Below, piece after piece: positions 1 through 12,699 of a stretch of DNA of 64,000 nucleotides. The stretch is taken from the NCBI RefSeq assembly GCF_006345805.1, contig NW_021832232.1, positions 248,001 to 312,000 of the forward strand. The letters run 5' to 3'. Both the position numbers and the translations under genes were made by a program. This DNA comes from Octopus sinensis. Lineage: Eukaryota. How positions within the stretch are numbered: the stretch's first letter is position 1; the number at the start of each line of letters is the position of its first letter. Under the pieces are notes generated by a model. The model saw only the letters and a list, made by a program, of their open reading frames with translations. It did no database searches and was not told the origin of the DNA.

Positions 1-282
1 AACTGAACATACAAAAAGTAAATAAAAACCACTAAAGACGTATGGTTTAAAGTTGTTTTTCATTCTTTCTGAGAACAACATGAGAATTTCAATTCCTTTT
101 AAAGCGATTTTGTAATTTCCAGACCGAAGCCACCCAATAACTCCGTCAATGAGCATTTTTAAGTTTTCACATGAAAGTGAGCATGTCTCGTTGTTAAGGT
201 GATTTACAAGTCTGGTGCCGACAGCCACACGTGCGTTGATATCAGTGGAACAGACATCCGAGAGGAAGACATCAAGCGACAT
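1..282 (-). CDS. CLASP: CLIP-associating protein (CLASP), 5' end, TOG1 domain; runs off the window
   Basis: ATG at 282 gives MSLDVFLSDVCSTDINARVAVGTRLVNHL...LIDGVIGWLRSGNYKIALKGIEIL...FKPYVFS. This matches the CLASP N-terminus pattern (RLQVGQELIDY...LVDGLATSWVNSSNYKVVLLGMDIL). A 27-nt GT..AG intron lies at 3-29. Confidence 0.8.
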   Translation of the reverse strand, partial: MSLDVFLSDVCSTDINARVAVGTRLVNHLNNETCSLSCENLKMLIDGVIGWLRSGNYKIALKGIEILMLFSERMKNNFKPYVFSGFYLLFVCSV

Positions 283-1176
283 GGTAAACCTTAAAAATAG
301 AATGTGTGATTGTATTTATATGACAATAAACATCACAAACCGACAAGGATAAAAAACAATATTTTATTGAAATATTATTTACATTATTGTTAAATCTATT
401 TAATATATAATAAGTAATTAAGGAGTAAAATAATTTAATTAGAAGACAACAAACCAATATGATAATAAACCGACTAATAAACTATTTCTTCATATTAATA
501 ATTTGAATAAATTTAATATAATTTTTATTTATAAAAGAATGTAATCATTTCATCCGAAACCACAAAAAATATACAAAACAAGTTACATAGATCGGCAAAA
601 AAGAGCATAAAATATACAATATTTAAAGCCAAGTTTATTAGTAGCCCTATATCCACAATTTTCTCTGATTACCCAAAAACAATGCAAAATGCAAACTTCC
701 ACGATGAAAAGGATCATTTTGGACGCATTTGCCCTACAAGTCTGAGATCACTTATTTAATTGTCCTTCTTGTTCTTTCTATTATATGATTAGTATGTTTA
801 GTTTGTGTTATTTGAATAACCGTAATATAATCAAGTAAACTTAATCTTTTTGTTTTCAATAATATACTTACTTCATATACTTCACAGTATGTATAAACAT
901 ATTGCAGTCACAGTTTAAAAACGTAATTCGGATTATTAAGTAGATTCCATAAAATAGATTTAAAATCACTAGTAAGAACCAAACAATCTTCAATGCCGAT
1001 TTCTCCCCCCGACTCAAGAAATTGAAGAAATTTTGTGGTCCACGAAAAACAAACTTTGAGTTAACAAGAAAACATTAAAGAATGACATCACAACCTAATT
1101 TTTATTCACACTCAGTATGAATAACTACCAATAAACTATTCTTGCACAAACTAAGAAATTGTTAACTAAATTATAT

Positions 1177-2944
1177 TCAATCAAAAGGCCTCCAGTCCAA
1201 TTTATCGCGATGTTCAACAAAGTGATAACATTCAAGTTTGTCACCAACTTGGAAATTAAAATCCCCCGCCACCCTCAGACCGCACTCATCTCCCCTTTCA
1301 ACAACACTCACGTCGACTCTTTGCTTTTTCAACGACGAGAACTCGCCGTCATGAACAACTGATCTTTTTCCAGATTCTCCTTCTCTCCAAACTCTCAATT
1401 TTGACTTACGTTCCAAAACTCCGTTGGAAACACGACATCCAGCAATTGGCACTCTTTTCCCCCCAATTCCATACATAAAAACTTGAATTACAACAGCCTC
1501 GCCTGTTTTTTATATATAAATGTAAACCTAAAGTCGTTGCCACCTGTTTTGGAGGCAGACTGTCCTCAATTTGTTTTACAAGTGAATCCACGAGATGATA
1601 AATCACGTGATGTTCTTCAATTGACACGTTCACATTTTCAAGATATCGCCGAGCAGAGGGCTCGACAAGAGAATTGAATACAAAAATACTTCCTGGAAAC
1701 TTGGTTTGATAAAAACCTTTAAAAAATTCGCAGGTTTCAACATCTCGGACAGTTAAACTGCCGACTTGACAACTAATCACTTTCAACTCACATTTCTCGC
1801 TTTTATAACTCGACAAAATTTTTTCGACTGCTTCACAAGACCCCATCGTATCACCTTATGCACAATTTTAACAAATAATTCAACAAACATCGAATCAAAG
1901 CACAGAACTGTGTTTCTGAAGATTGTCCTTCTTTCATAGTTTTTTCAGGTTTTTGAACTTTTCTGGAAGACTGAAAATTCAGTGGAAAATATAAAACTTT
2001 TCTTTTGTCAGTGAAAGTCAATTTGTCGCCTGCTTGTGGGATTTGATCCCGAAATCCAGAAATTTGAACTGGCATGCTGACTGTGGCCATTTTTATTGAA
2101 TTTCCATGTTCGTCAAAAATATTTCTGATCCTTCCATGAGCCCCGGAAGAACTCATTACCTGGTCTCCCAATTTCAAAGAGTCACTCATTACAATCACAG
2201 AGGCCACTTTACTTTCAATTAATCAGTTTAATAACCCATAAATTGGCAAAATTGTCGACTCCAAAACCGCCGCACAAACATCATTTTCAAACTTTTGTTT
2301 GCATGTCATCGAAGTAATTGCTTCTAGTAGTTTGTCGATATTCATATTCTATTTTCGGGGTACTAGAAATACTTTTTTAGCTGAAATTTCTACACATTTT
2401 ACTTTCCCGCCAAAATCCTCGACTATGACATCATTTAAAAACAATTGTTCTTTTGTTTCCGATATATTGGCATTTCGGACATCAATTTTATTCAGTGCAA
2501 CAATCATTGGGACTAAAATAAATCAACTTAAAACCTCCTGCCGATTTTATATGAGTTAATGATTCGAGTGTTTGTGGCATAACTCCGTCATTAACGGCCA
2601 CTACAAGCACAACAAGGTCAGTCAGTGTGGCCCCCCGAGATCTCATCGAAGAGAATGCAGCATGTCCCGGAGTGTCGATAAACGTGATAAACCTACCGTC
2701 CCCTACATCAACTAAAAAATAAAATATTTAAATAAAAACCTCGAAATGCTCCAATTTTTTGTGTGATGCCCCCAAATTCTCCCTCAGCCAGATTGGATTT
2801 CCGTAAAGTGTCTAACAACGTGGTTTTTCCGTGGTCTACATGTCCCATAATGGTGACAATTGGGGGACGTGATGAGGGAGAACTGCTTAGTGATAAAAGA
2901 GCTTTATTCATTAAGAACGTGGGTATTCTGAAGCGAGTCAACAT
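1177..2944 (-). CDS. MTIF2: Mitochondrial translation initiation factor IF-2 (multi-exon)
   Basis: [42 protein letters not shown] and C-terminal IAGCRV...GDECGL motifs are present, with a short N-terminal presequence-like leader. Micro-introns join the ORFs, e.g. 2712-2739 (28 nt). Confidence 0.93.
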
Positions 2945-3061
2945 GAAATAAAGATAATTAATTTAATTTAATGTTAAAAAAGTAGTATTTTATTTATATA
3001 ATTTTATTTAGAATAAAGGAAAAAAAGGAGCGAAATATATTCTAGTTCTTGTTCTGTACAC

Positions 3062-4073
3062 ATGCAAAATTCAACATCTTTACAATATAACGTTCAAGAC
3101 CTGTTTCTTAGCAATCCATTGTACTTATAAGGAAATAAAATTTAAAGAAGAAAGTCTCTACGTAGTGAATACAGCCAACCCACTCAGTCAAGTTCACAAA
3201 TGTTTGAATCCCAGTCTCAGCCAGCCCAAATAGCCCAGCCAAACATGATTCCAAAGTTATGTGAACTTCAGTACACAATCGAACACAAATTTGAGAATAT
3301 CCAGAACCTGCTGGACAGTTTATTCGTTAAGAATTCACAGATAGGCCTAAAAAGAACAAATGAGGAGCTTATTCAGTCAAATCAAGCACTTTCTATGAGA
3401 TTCGACAGTTTTCAGGAAGTAGTACTCGCTCTAAGAGAGAATATTGTGCCAAATAACTCTCCGACTAAGCCCTCTAAGTCCCCTTCTCCTACAGAGTCAC
3501 TAGAAATGGAGGAACTTCGAAATAGAATTGACATACTACAAGAAAAAATGACTCAAATGACTAAAAAACGCGATAAAATTAAGTAGCCTGACCACCTTTC
3601 TTATTTCTAGGAAAAAACGTAAAAATAAAAACAAATTTACAGAATTATCGACTTTGTTTTCCCAAATGAACGATAATTTTACTAATTGTCTAAACATTTT
3701 AATTTCCAAGACAGCGATTCCTCCTAACAACGCAGATCGAGCAAATTCTGTGTCTCAAAATGTACAAAACATATCCGAGAACTCAGCATATAAAAATATG
3801 GAGGTTAAAAAAGAGACTCAAAATACAATTCAAGTCTCAAAGGATCCTTTTGACTATGAAATCGGCAATGAAGGGACTTCTCAGACATATTCCATGACTG
3901 TGGATGTTGAGAGTAGTGTCACTGAGAGGAGAAGTAATTGTCTAATGTGCAAAAAAAGGAGAGGACGGGGTACAGGGTTATTTTATACTTTTTTGATAGA
4001 AATAGTCTATTCGCAAAAAACTTGGGACATGACAAACCGAAAAGAAATATTGAGTTTAGTGACCAAGTTATAA
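3062..4073 (+). CDS. Hypothetical SQ-rich coiled-coil protein (multi-exon), divergent from MTIF2
   Basis: ATG 3062 joins ORF 3200-3586 in frame after a GT..AG intron starting at 3121, then continues into ORF 3654-4073. It has heptad-like segments and no firm family motif. Confidence 0.6.
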
Positions 4074-4400
4074 AGTATCTCCACTCATAATACGTTTTGA
4101 ATAAATTCTGAGTTTTTATGCCAATTTGTAGACAACATTCTGACTGATCTTTATTTTAGAGAATATGCCTATTAGATTAACGATCCCTGATTTATAATAA
4201 TATCTAATTAATAGTTATTTCCAATATTTTAAGTCGATATTATGTCATTGATTATTATTCTATTTAAATAAAAAATAACCGCAAATATAATTCCTCATCA
4301 TAAAAATGATAAATTATAATACATAATTAAAATATTAAATTATATAAAATAAAAATGGATTAACGTTTTAGTGAATTTAGTGTAACATTAGTGACGTGTC

Positions 4401-6658
4401 ATGATGAGAGATGCTGATGAATTTAAACTGTGGATTGTCCAAAGACTGTCTGAAATAGAGTATATATATAAATATATATAACATTAAAGATGCAAAGGAG
4501 ATCCCATAAGTATTGCTATATATACAGTCGCAATCCTCGGGAAATCTAAAGACGACCCAAACATCCGAAACAGCTGCATTTCCTACCTACAAGAATTCCT
4601 CGGATCAAGTGAAAATTCCTTAATTTATACCAATAAAAGACACAGAAAGATTCATAGACGACCTCCTACAAGTCTACAGCACTGCAGAATTCAATTCCAG
4701 CACAGAAGATGACCCTTCCCCTCGAATTCCCTCCTCCATCGAGGCAATCGACCACGTACTCTCCCCACTAACCCCTCTAGTCCTCTCGAAGAAGTCCAGA
4801 AAACACGTAAAACATTAAAAAACCTTTAAATTCAGTAGGAAGGGAAGAAGGTCATTTCACCCACCAAGAAGGGACCGGTCGAGTTCGATGGAATCAGGCA
4901 GTTCAGTGGAGGGTATAAATATGGGTGTTATTTCAGATCGGAGACAGTCTCGGGCACATTATTCGAGGGATGATTACAGAGACAGACAGAATAAGGGATC
5001 GATGCCCATTCAGTCTATCGACAGCTCTCGACATTCCAACCACTTTTACCGCAGAGATCGACACAATTTTAGACATGGAATGAGAAAACATGTCGTTGGG
5101 CCTCAAATTGGAATCGATCCTTCTGTGGTTACTGCTATGAAAAAAACTTTTGAGAGTTTTTTTGATTTTTAATAAATTTAGACAACACAACTGCACAGTC
5201 CTCTTCTGAAAATTTTATAAATTCTCAAAATTCGGGGCCTGTTTTGAGAGATCGGTCATTTGTGCAGAGACAACGTGCACCACAACGTTTCCACGTGTTG
5301 TTCTGTAATTTGTAAGCAGATTTTCCCGCCAATTCGTTATTGATTAATAATATTCCCGCACATATTAACACAATTGGGTTCCTTAACGAACATTATGCTG
5401 ACTTTGGAAAAATAGAAAATATTCAAGTTTTTATTAATTTTGAATTTCAGTTGAATTATGGCGGGAAACCTGACAGTGCTTTGGTTTCGTTTGCAACTGC
5501 CGAGGACGCCCAGAACGCACTGCAGTCGTCCAATTCAGTGTTTAGTGATGGATCAGTCAATGTCTCACTGCTAAAGAATCAGTCCTCTGTTTATATATTT
5601 GTGTTATAACAAAGGGAATAAAACGAAAAAGAACAGTGGTGTCTTTTCCGCCACGGTCAAAGCTGTCATTGAACAACGAGGCTCGCAGAAAAACCGATCT
5701 GGTCAACTCAAGATTGGTTTTTAAATTACGTAATTTAAAGGCTGAAAAAAATACTGAGAAAGGGAGTGACAAGTTGGAACGATTGAATGAACTGTTTGTT
5801 CTCAAGACAAATCTGTTGAATCGGGTAGAGAGTCAGCTTAAGGTATCCCAGTGGCTAATTATGTTAGTCGTTGAATGACATTGAAAGCAGTGGAGTTGCC
5901 ATTCCTGACACAGATCGTGCAGAAATAGAACAAGTCGTTCATTGGGTGCTTATTTGGTAGATGAAAGACACTTTTCTACGCCAGAAGGACAGTCTCAGTC
6001 AAGAACTGCTTACAATCGACAATAAGCGGAAGGAACTTCAAAAAATCCCCAATCCTTCTCAAGACTTGACTCCTGAGAAAGTGGAATGTTTGTTTGTTAG
6101 ATTTGTAGTTGCGTGTGTTACTTTTATCCGTGGAATTGTCGTTGCTTAATCCTAAGTGTCCGTCCCGTGTACATTTAGTGAGGAAACGACAACAAATTCT
6201 TGGAAAGGTTGTGTTTATTTGTAATTTAATGAAGATGGGGACTCCGGATAATTCATTCGAAAGGACAGTTCCCCGATTGGTGACACGAGTCATCCATACG
6301 TCTACAAATGAACGTTACGAGGTCGACAAGAGGTGCAGAATATTGACGATCAGACTCAATATTTCGATCGATCTCAATCAGCTTTGTGATATCTTTAGAG
6401 TTATTGGTTTTGTGCAAGTTGTAGGAGAGACTGTTTGCGGAGAGTGTGCATGTAGTCGACGAGGAGTATATAAATGCGACTTACTCCTCGCATTCGAAGG
6501 CTGATAGGGTTGTCTGGGTGTTTTGATAATTAGGTGCTTTCTATCATTAACAGTTTTACAACCCAACCTTTGGTGGCGGACTGGGCAGATCAATGTAGTT
6601 TGTGTATTTCACTTAATTAGTAGCCAAGTGTGATGTCAACGCTGATGGGGATAATTGA
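4401..6658 (+). CDS. RBM26: RNA-binding protein 26/27-like (PWI, RRM, coiled coil, RRM)
   Basis: The spliced N-terminus MMRDADEFKLWIVQRLSEIECKGDPISIAIYTVAIL...YLQEFLGSNTERFIDDL is the RBM26/27 PWI domain. The RRM reads NTIGFLNEHYADFGKIENIQ...DSALVSFATAEDAQNALQSSNSVF. There are many 21-31 nt introns. Confidence 0.85.
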
Positions 6659-6815
6659 TTCGACTAGTTTTGGTTTATTAGTGTATTTTACTTTCAATCA
6701 CTTTCTTATTTTGGCATATCTTTTTTGTATTTTATATTAATAAAGTTTTAATTTTATGTTTTTTATACAGATTGAATTTTATCGTGATTATAGTTTAGTC
6801 ATTCTCACCGTATAT

Positions 6816-7724
6816 CAGAGGTTTCCAAGCTTTTTTTTACGCGCCTCCCTTAGAGAAAAAGTACAATCTTGCGCCTCCCTTTATATTCCATAATATAATA
6901 CAATTATTATTTTATCAAAAACAATTTTTAAAACAAAAAGTTAATGAGATAATTTTTTTTCCATCTTGGCGCAAAGTTTTTCAAATCTTGGTGTCATCGC
7001 AGAGAGTGCTACTCTTAGCTCATTAGTCACTACTAAACGAGTTCGATATTTAGATTTAATTGCAGCTAGTGCAGAAAATCCAGTTTCGCATAAATATGAA
7101 GTAGCAAATGGCAACAAAACTTTCATTGCTTTATTCGACAAAATTCATATTCCGTCTTACATTCAACCAAAAAGAAATTAGCGGTTCTCTCTCAAATTTT
7201 TGTTTCAATAATGTATCGCATGACAATTCTATCAATTTTTCTTTTTCAAAAGTTGTCAATGCAAATTGATTATCTTCTTCATCAATAAATGGATTCTGTA
7301 TCCATTCGAACATTTTACAGTCGAGATCTTTAAAATAGGGAGCAAAATGCTTCAACAAACAATCCAAATGTTCAGCAAATATGTCTTTGTTTGCTTCAAT
7401 GTTCACTATGGCGCTACGCATTGATTATATTCCAATCATTTTGATTTTTTGAACCATCGTCAAAATCTTTATTATTCGTGAATTTTCTTTTGCAACCACT
7501 CAAGAATTTATTCATGTGTTAAAATTATTTAATTGTCTAATAAATTAAATAAATTTTTGAAAAAATATAATTTTTAAATTAATAACTCTTATTATCGGAA
7601 TATAGTCACGTTTTTTACATAGATATAATTTTCTAAAAAATGTTTCTGAAATACTTTTCGCGCCTCCCTTGACACGAGTCAACGCCTCCCTAGGGAGGCG
7701 CGCCTCCCCATTTGGAAACCTCTG
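6816..7724 (-). mobile_element. Non-autonomous hAT (Buster/ZBED5-like) element, 909 bp
   Basis: TIR CAGAGGTTTCCAA at both ends, 8-bp TSD CCGTATAT, subterminal GCGCCTCCC repeats, and a dimerisation-domain remnant LLPFATSYLCETGFSAL...KSKYRTRL. Confidence 0.92.
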
Positions 7725-9599
7725 CCGTATATGATTTACGTCTTGATAAATTTATGCAAAATGCAGCCCAGTAAAATCCTATAGTACAGACTATTTAGAG
7801 GACTACAATATGCAGATCGTTCTGAATGATATCAACGTATATACGTGCATCTCCAATTCGAATTAAATTATTTTTGATGCTTTATTTTTCAATACGTTCA
7901 TATAATTTGGTTTGATTTTAATTTTTGCCTTAATTATTTCTGGCATCCCACAACCAAAGCATGCGTGCCCTCAAAACATTCGGTTTTCATCAAGAAATTC
8001 AAGCCGCTCAAAAACTCTTCAATTCTTGCCCTGCTTATAATAAGCGGTTGTCAAATTCGTTCCAAAAACGCTTTTAACGCCTCCTGGAGAGACTGAATTA
8101 TTGAGAGCTCCATTCATGAGATAACTGAGATTGCACAATTTTTCTTTTGGTAGAAAGTGTGCTGATCTGACTTGGTCATCGAATAAACATTGCGCTAATC
8201 CCTGTCTCCACAGCTTCTGTTTCACTGCGAATGTCAACAAAACTGAGATCCTAAATGTTAATAAACTTTTAGTTTATCAATTACTAAACTGGCAAAGAAT
8301 TTCTTCAAGTTGTTCTCTCAGCTCCGAAGCAACCCGAAGTAACCTTCAAAGACGCCCACTTTTCTTAACTCACGACAGACCTATTGGACTAAATTCACAA
8401 TTTTGCTGAATAGTTGCCTACACATTCTAAAGTCCTTTATACTTATCGTTTCTTTATTCCGTGATTTTTTATAGTATTAAAGTGGAAAAAAAACTTTTAT
8501 AAATACTGACAAGAAGTTCAATCTAAATATTGGATTTACTTTGATCTAATATTTGTTGACTTCAGTGTTGTAAGAAAGCAAATTTTCATAAGAATGACGG
8601 TTATGTTAGGTGCTAAAATAGAGAATCAAATCCCACTTGAAGAATAATCTTATGAGAAATTTCGCCGGGACCCTTTTTTGGCACAAATGAATTTAATTTC
8701 TTTTTCTATTCTAATGCTATAAATCTTTTTATTCTAAGACACTTTTTCTACTTTAGAAAATAATTATTTCGTTTTGTGATTCCAAATTAAACAATATTTT
8801 TCAAAGTTATTTTTATTAAGCAATTGTTAATCGCTGAATTGTGTTGGCATCTAGACGAATGCATATTTTTAAATTACTTTAAATTCCACCAATTAATTTC
8901 TTAGCATATTAACTGATGGATAACTCCGAATAGTGTGACCATTCAATTGTATGACCCTTTTTTTAAAAATATATTCATTTAATTTATTTTCGTAAATTCG
9001 AACTAATAATTTCTTTTATTTCAATGTTATAATTTTGAAATTTATTAATTCAGCAGGTTTCTCAAAATCAACTGAAAATTTCCACTTTTCTTAGCATGAT
9101 GTATATGAAAGTTTGTCGTGTTATGTCAGTTTTGTTGAGAAAATAAATTGATTTTATTAATTGCCTATGTTTTGATATGATTGTACGACTAAATAGTGTG
9201 ACCAATCATATAATATGTCACAGGCGCTACGGTTACCGAATTCTCGAATTTAATATTTTAAGATTTTTTTATACAAATTCAACCTAAATTTTCTTAGTTA
9301 TTATATTTACAATTAACAAATATATAATTTTGATATTTTTAAGAGGCGCACCATTTGATAATTTTTAAATAGATAATTTAACGCGTCCCGACGAGCTACT
9401 CATCCCATTGTGACTACATATCACCTGTCAATCTATCATAATGCCTCTCATGGTGACTGTCAAAATTAATTGCATTGGTTTTTAATCAATAAAAAATTTA
9501 TTAAAATTAAGCGTCTATTTTTTTCTACTCGATTCATATGAATTTTGTCTTGATCTGATATATATAAAATAAACCACTAGTCGATTGTATGACAAAATT

Positions 9600-9960
9600 T
9601 AAATATTTTCAGCTGGTTCTCCATATGGAGATTCAAATCTGTTTAGTTACGGTGAAGGATTTGTTCCATAATCCTTTAAAACCCGAACCTTTGAATTATT
9701 CACTAAACATACTTCATTCCCAGTTGAAAAATCGTATTTCGAATAATGAACATTCATTTTTTATTCATCCGTTTAAAATAAGATGAATTTAAATTTGGCA
9801 GAGAAAAATTTAATTCAAAATCATTATCATCCAAGTTTTCTAGCATACTTTGTACAAAATTTACCTAAAACATCTAAAATATTTTCTACATTCAAATCCT
9901 CAGAAAATAGGGAATAAAAATCATCCAAACTCTCACTTTCTTAAAATTTAAAAAAATTGA
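9600..9960 (-). pseudogene. Decayed Ginger/KRBA2-like integrase C-terminal remnant
   Basis: Minus-frame YFKRMNKK...VRVLKDYGTNP...RFESPY resembles YLERMERN...VLLKKDFDTN...KLEYFY at 38370-38500. It contains stops. Confidence 0.3.
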
Positions 9961-10069
9961 AAAACTTTTATAATCACGAATGACTATGTTTATGCCAGTA
10001 ACTTCTATAAACTTTTCAAGTAGTGTTTTGTTTATTGAAGAATAAATAATTGTTTCGTAGACTACCAAG

Positions 10070-11680
10070 TTTTTTTAAAACAATAAGGACGTGAAAAGAT
10101 AGCTAAGCTAATTACTGGCGTCACGAGACACCCGGCCAGCCTCGCGAATGGCGAAGCCGTTCCCTCGGATCACAGCAATCGACAGACGTTCCAGGAGCCA
10201 AGAATACTCTCTTGGATCGCGACTAGTCCTTGAAATCCGTCGGCCGAGCGAGCGAAGGAAGCGGAGTGTCTTGGGGCCGAAAATCCCGGAGGACTCCACG
10301 GCAATTGGAGTAAAGAACAGCGAGTTGGAAAGATGGCCGTACTTGAGAATCTTTCGGTCCTCGGCCTGCCTCGAAGCGTGCCCAGGATTGGCGGCGGACT
10401 GAGCGAGATTTCCAAGCGAGAACGTGTCCGAACAGGTAGAATCCCAAATAAGGGATTTCCCATGCTCGTATGGGAAGGTGGACATGCCGTCTGGGCGTTT
10501 GCCATCCCCTCTATCCAATCCAACAGGTTCAAGGATTGACGGGATGCCAGCTGAAGCGAGGGCTCTCTGTATGATCGAGTTGAGTTCACTGTGACGGGGG
10601 GCGCGACCAGCACTTCGCCGGCATGCGAGGGGGTGCAAACCGTACTCGTCAACAGTTCCCCCACAGCGGCATTTGTGCGACTGGCAGATTTTCAGCTCGA
10701 CGCGGAGGGAAATTGCCATTCTCAGGCATTCCTTGTCCACCAGGTTCCCGATGGAAGGGAGAGCCTTCAACCAAACACCGCTGCCTTCGCAGCGACCTGC
10801 ACGGAGGCAAGCGACGCGGTGTTGATTGGAGACAGCGATCAGGTCTTCGTATATTTTCCGACAGGAAATTTCATCCCATTGGCGCTGGATAGATGTGGAA
10901 TCAGGTATACACGGGCCAAACCGAGCTTCCCACCGACCACAGGCAGCAGAGTAATCTTCAGACAATTTGCGTTCGGGAAGGTTTCTGAGAACGATGTCTG
11001 AGAGAATACGTGAAGCAGAGCGAGCGGAAAGGAAGGCTGGGAGGGCAAGATCGGAATAAGATCTCATGCCCAGGCCGCCCCAGCGCACCGGTAGAGATGC
11101 CTGAGACCAACCCGGATCGTCAAAGGCCAGATTACATAGCGAGCTCGTACCGAGCCTGAGGATATTATCCAGATTTGACAGAAGGTCGTCTCTTTTGAAA
11201 CAGGGAGCACACCTTAATGTGTAAAGGACCTTAGGCATGGAAAAGTAATTCCGCAGTAGGAAGAAAGCTACATGAGGCTCGATGTCTTTGAGCTTCTCGA
11301 TCATTTTGGAAATATTAGAGATTTTGCAAGACAACGTGTCTTCAAGGGCAGAAGGACCCATGGGAGCACCGAGAATCATCAAATTGGACTTGTCGGTGAC
11401 TTGGACGTCAGAAAGGATATTTTGGCACGTGGAAGTTGCAACAGTGAATGTATTTGGGTTAAGATTGATGTTCACCACTTCGGATTTGTTGTCGTTTATA
11501 GAAAGGCCAATGGCCGAGAGGGAAGGAATAATGAAACGGAGGTCGTCAAAAACAACATCGGGAGGGCCACAAATGGTCGCATCATCAAGGTACCAAATGT
11601 TAATTGGGGAACGGACAGAGTGGGCAATATTATTAACGCCCAAGGCGAAAAGAACAGGGCCCAGGGGGTCACCCTGGTAA
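10070..11680 (-). mobile_element. 5'-truncated CRE-like non-LTR retrotransposon (RT and restriction-like endonuclease)
   Basis: Uninterrupted ORF: QGDPLGP...WYLDD, GGLG, CRCG..HPLAC zinc motif, RH, RPDG...WD RLE core, RLSIAVIRGN. It has a short 3' UTR ending in A8 and is clearly more GC-rich than its flanks. Confidence 0.9.
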
Positions 11681-11850
11681 ACATTATTTATTAAATAATT
11701 GTTTTATATATGAAAGTGCTTCGCCTAATAAATTGGATCCAGTTGTAGTTGATTCACTCATGAGCTTTGAAAGATTTCATGTCAAAGTTAAAGTCTGTTG
11801 GAATTCGTGTTAAAGTTTGCTTGGAATCTTTCAGTATCGGAAATCTAGGT

Positions 11851-12120
11851 TTAATTTTGTACTTCAAGTGGAATAGAAAACTTACAAATTATGCATTCTT
11901 TTGCAACTCGATCTATAATTTTCCATTTTAATGTAAAATAAGAGTGTAAACATTCATGTTGCAGTTTACGAATTCCAGAATAGCTATTTCGATAAATAGA
12001 ATCTTCTATAGTTTGCATTTCACTTTCATTATCCATGCAGATAACTAGTTTGTGCTTTGAATAGATCGATATTCTGTGATATTTTCTACAAAACGTATTA
12101 TTATATATAAAGAAAAGCAT
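11851..12120 (-). pseudogene. Integrase zinc-binding domain remnant (Ginger/Gypsy-like)
   Basis: SGIRKL...YFTLKWKIIDRVAKECIIC pattern. Confidence 0.5.
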
Positions 12121-12298
12121 TTTATAGAAGGCATGTTGAAAATTCAGAAATAGCGTTAAAAAATATTAAATAGTCCCACACGTGTAACTCATGATAAAAA
12201 CCACATTAATAATGACATCTGACCTTATGATTTGTTGATAAGTGAAATGTAGCCAGCACGGGAGGCGACATAATTGAACATGCGTATTCTATAAAGTT

Positions 12299-12595
12299 TT
12301 GTTGATGCCTCGCTGTTTTGTCAAAATTGTCAAAGAATATGATGATATAGTTAAAATATTGGAAGAGCAGGGGATCACTGGAATATCTAAACAAAAAATA
12401 CAAATTAAGAGATATTTTTTTGTTAAACGCGAAATCATCAGGGAAGTAGTGTCGGAATGTGATATATGTCGATTTGCGACACCACAAAAAATAGTTGATT
12501 CTGAAAACCACATAATAGTTCAGGGATGGCAAAGATTTTCAGCCGATGTGCCAAAATTAGAAATTTACAATTTTAGGTGTACCCAATTACCTTAA
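12299..12595 (+). pseudogene. Integrase zinc-binding domain remnant (Ginger/Gypsy-like)
   Basis: TGISK...YFFVKREIIREVVSECDIC...WQRFSAD pattern. Confidence 0.55.
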
Positions 12596-12699
12596 AAAGC
12601 AAATTAAAAATTTACAAAGGGGACTAAAACGGATTGCATTTAAAGAATCATTGACTAAATAATTTTAATTATTTATCTTCTTCAAAAAAACCATTTATT

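Noticed and set aside
8019-8430. Possible minus-strand gene
   Set aside because: Frames are broken by stops and no motif is recognisable; at most an unassignable pseudogene.
10148-11694. Multiple overlapping antisense and alternate-frame ORFs
   Set aside because: These are shadows of the GC-rich CRE ORF; the same applies to ORFs antisense to Hsp70.
10044-11705. TAAATAATTGTTT on both sides of the CRE element as a TSD
   Set aside because: It is not flush with either junction and is low-complexity AT sequence.
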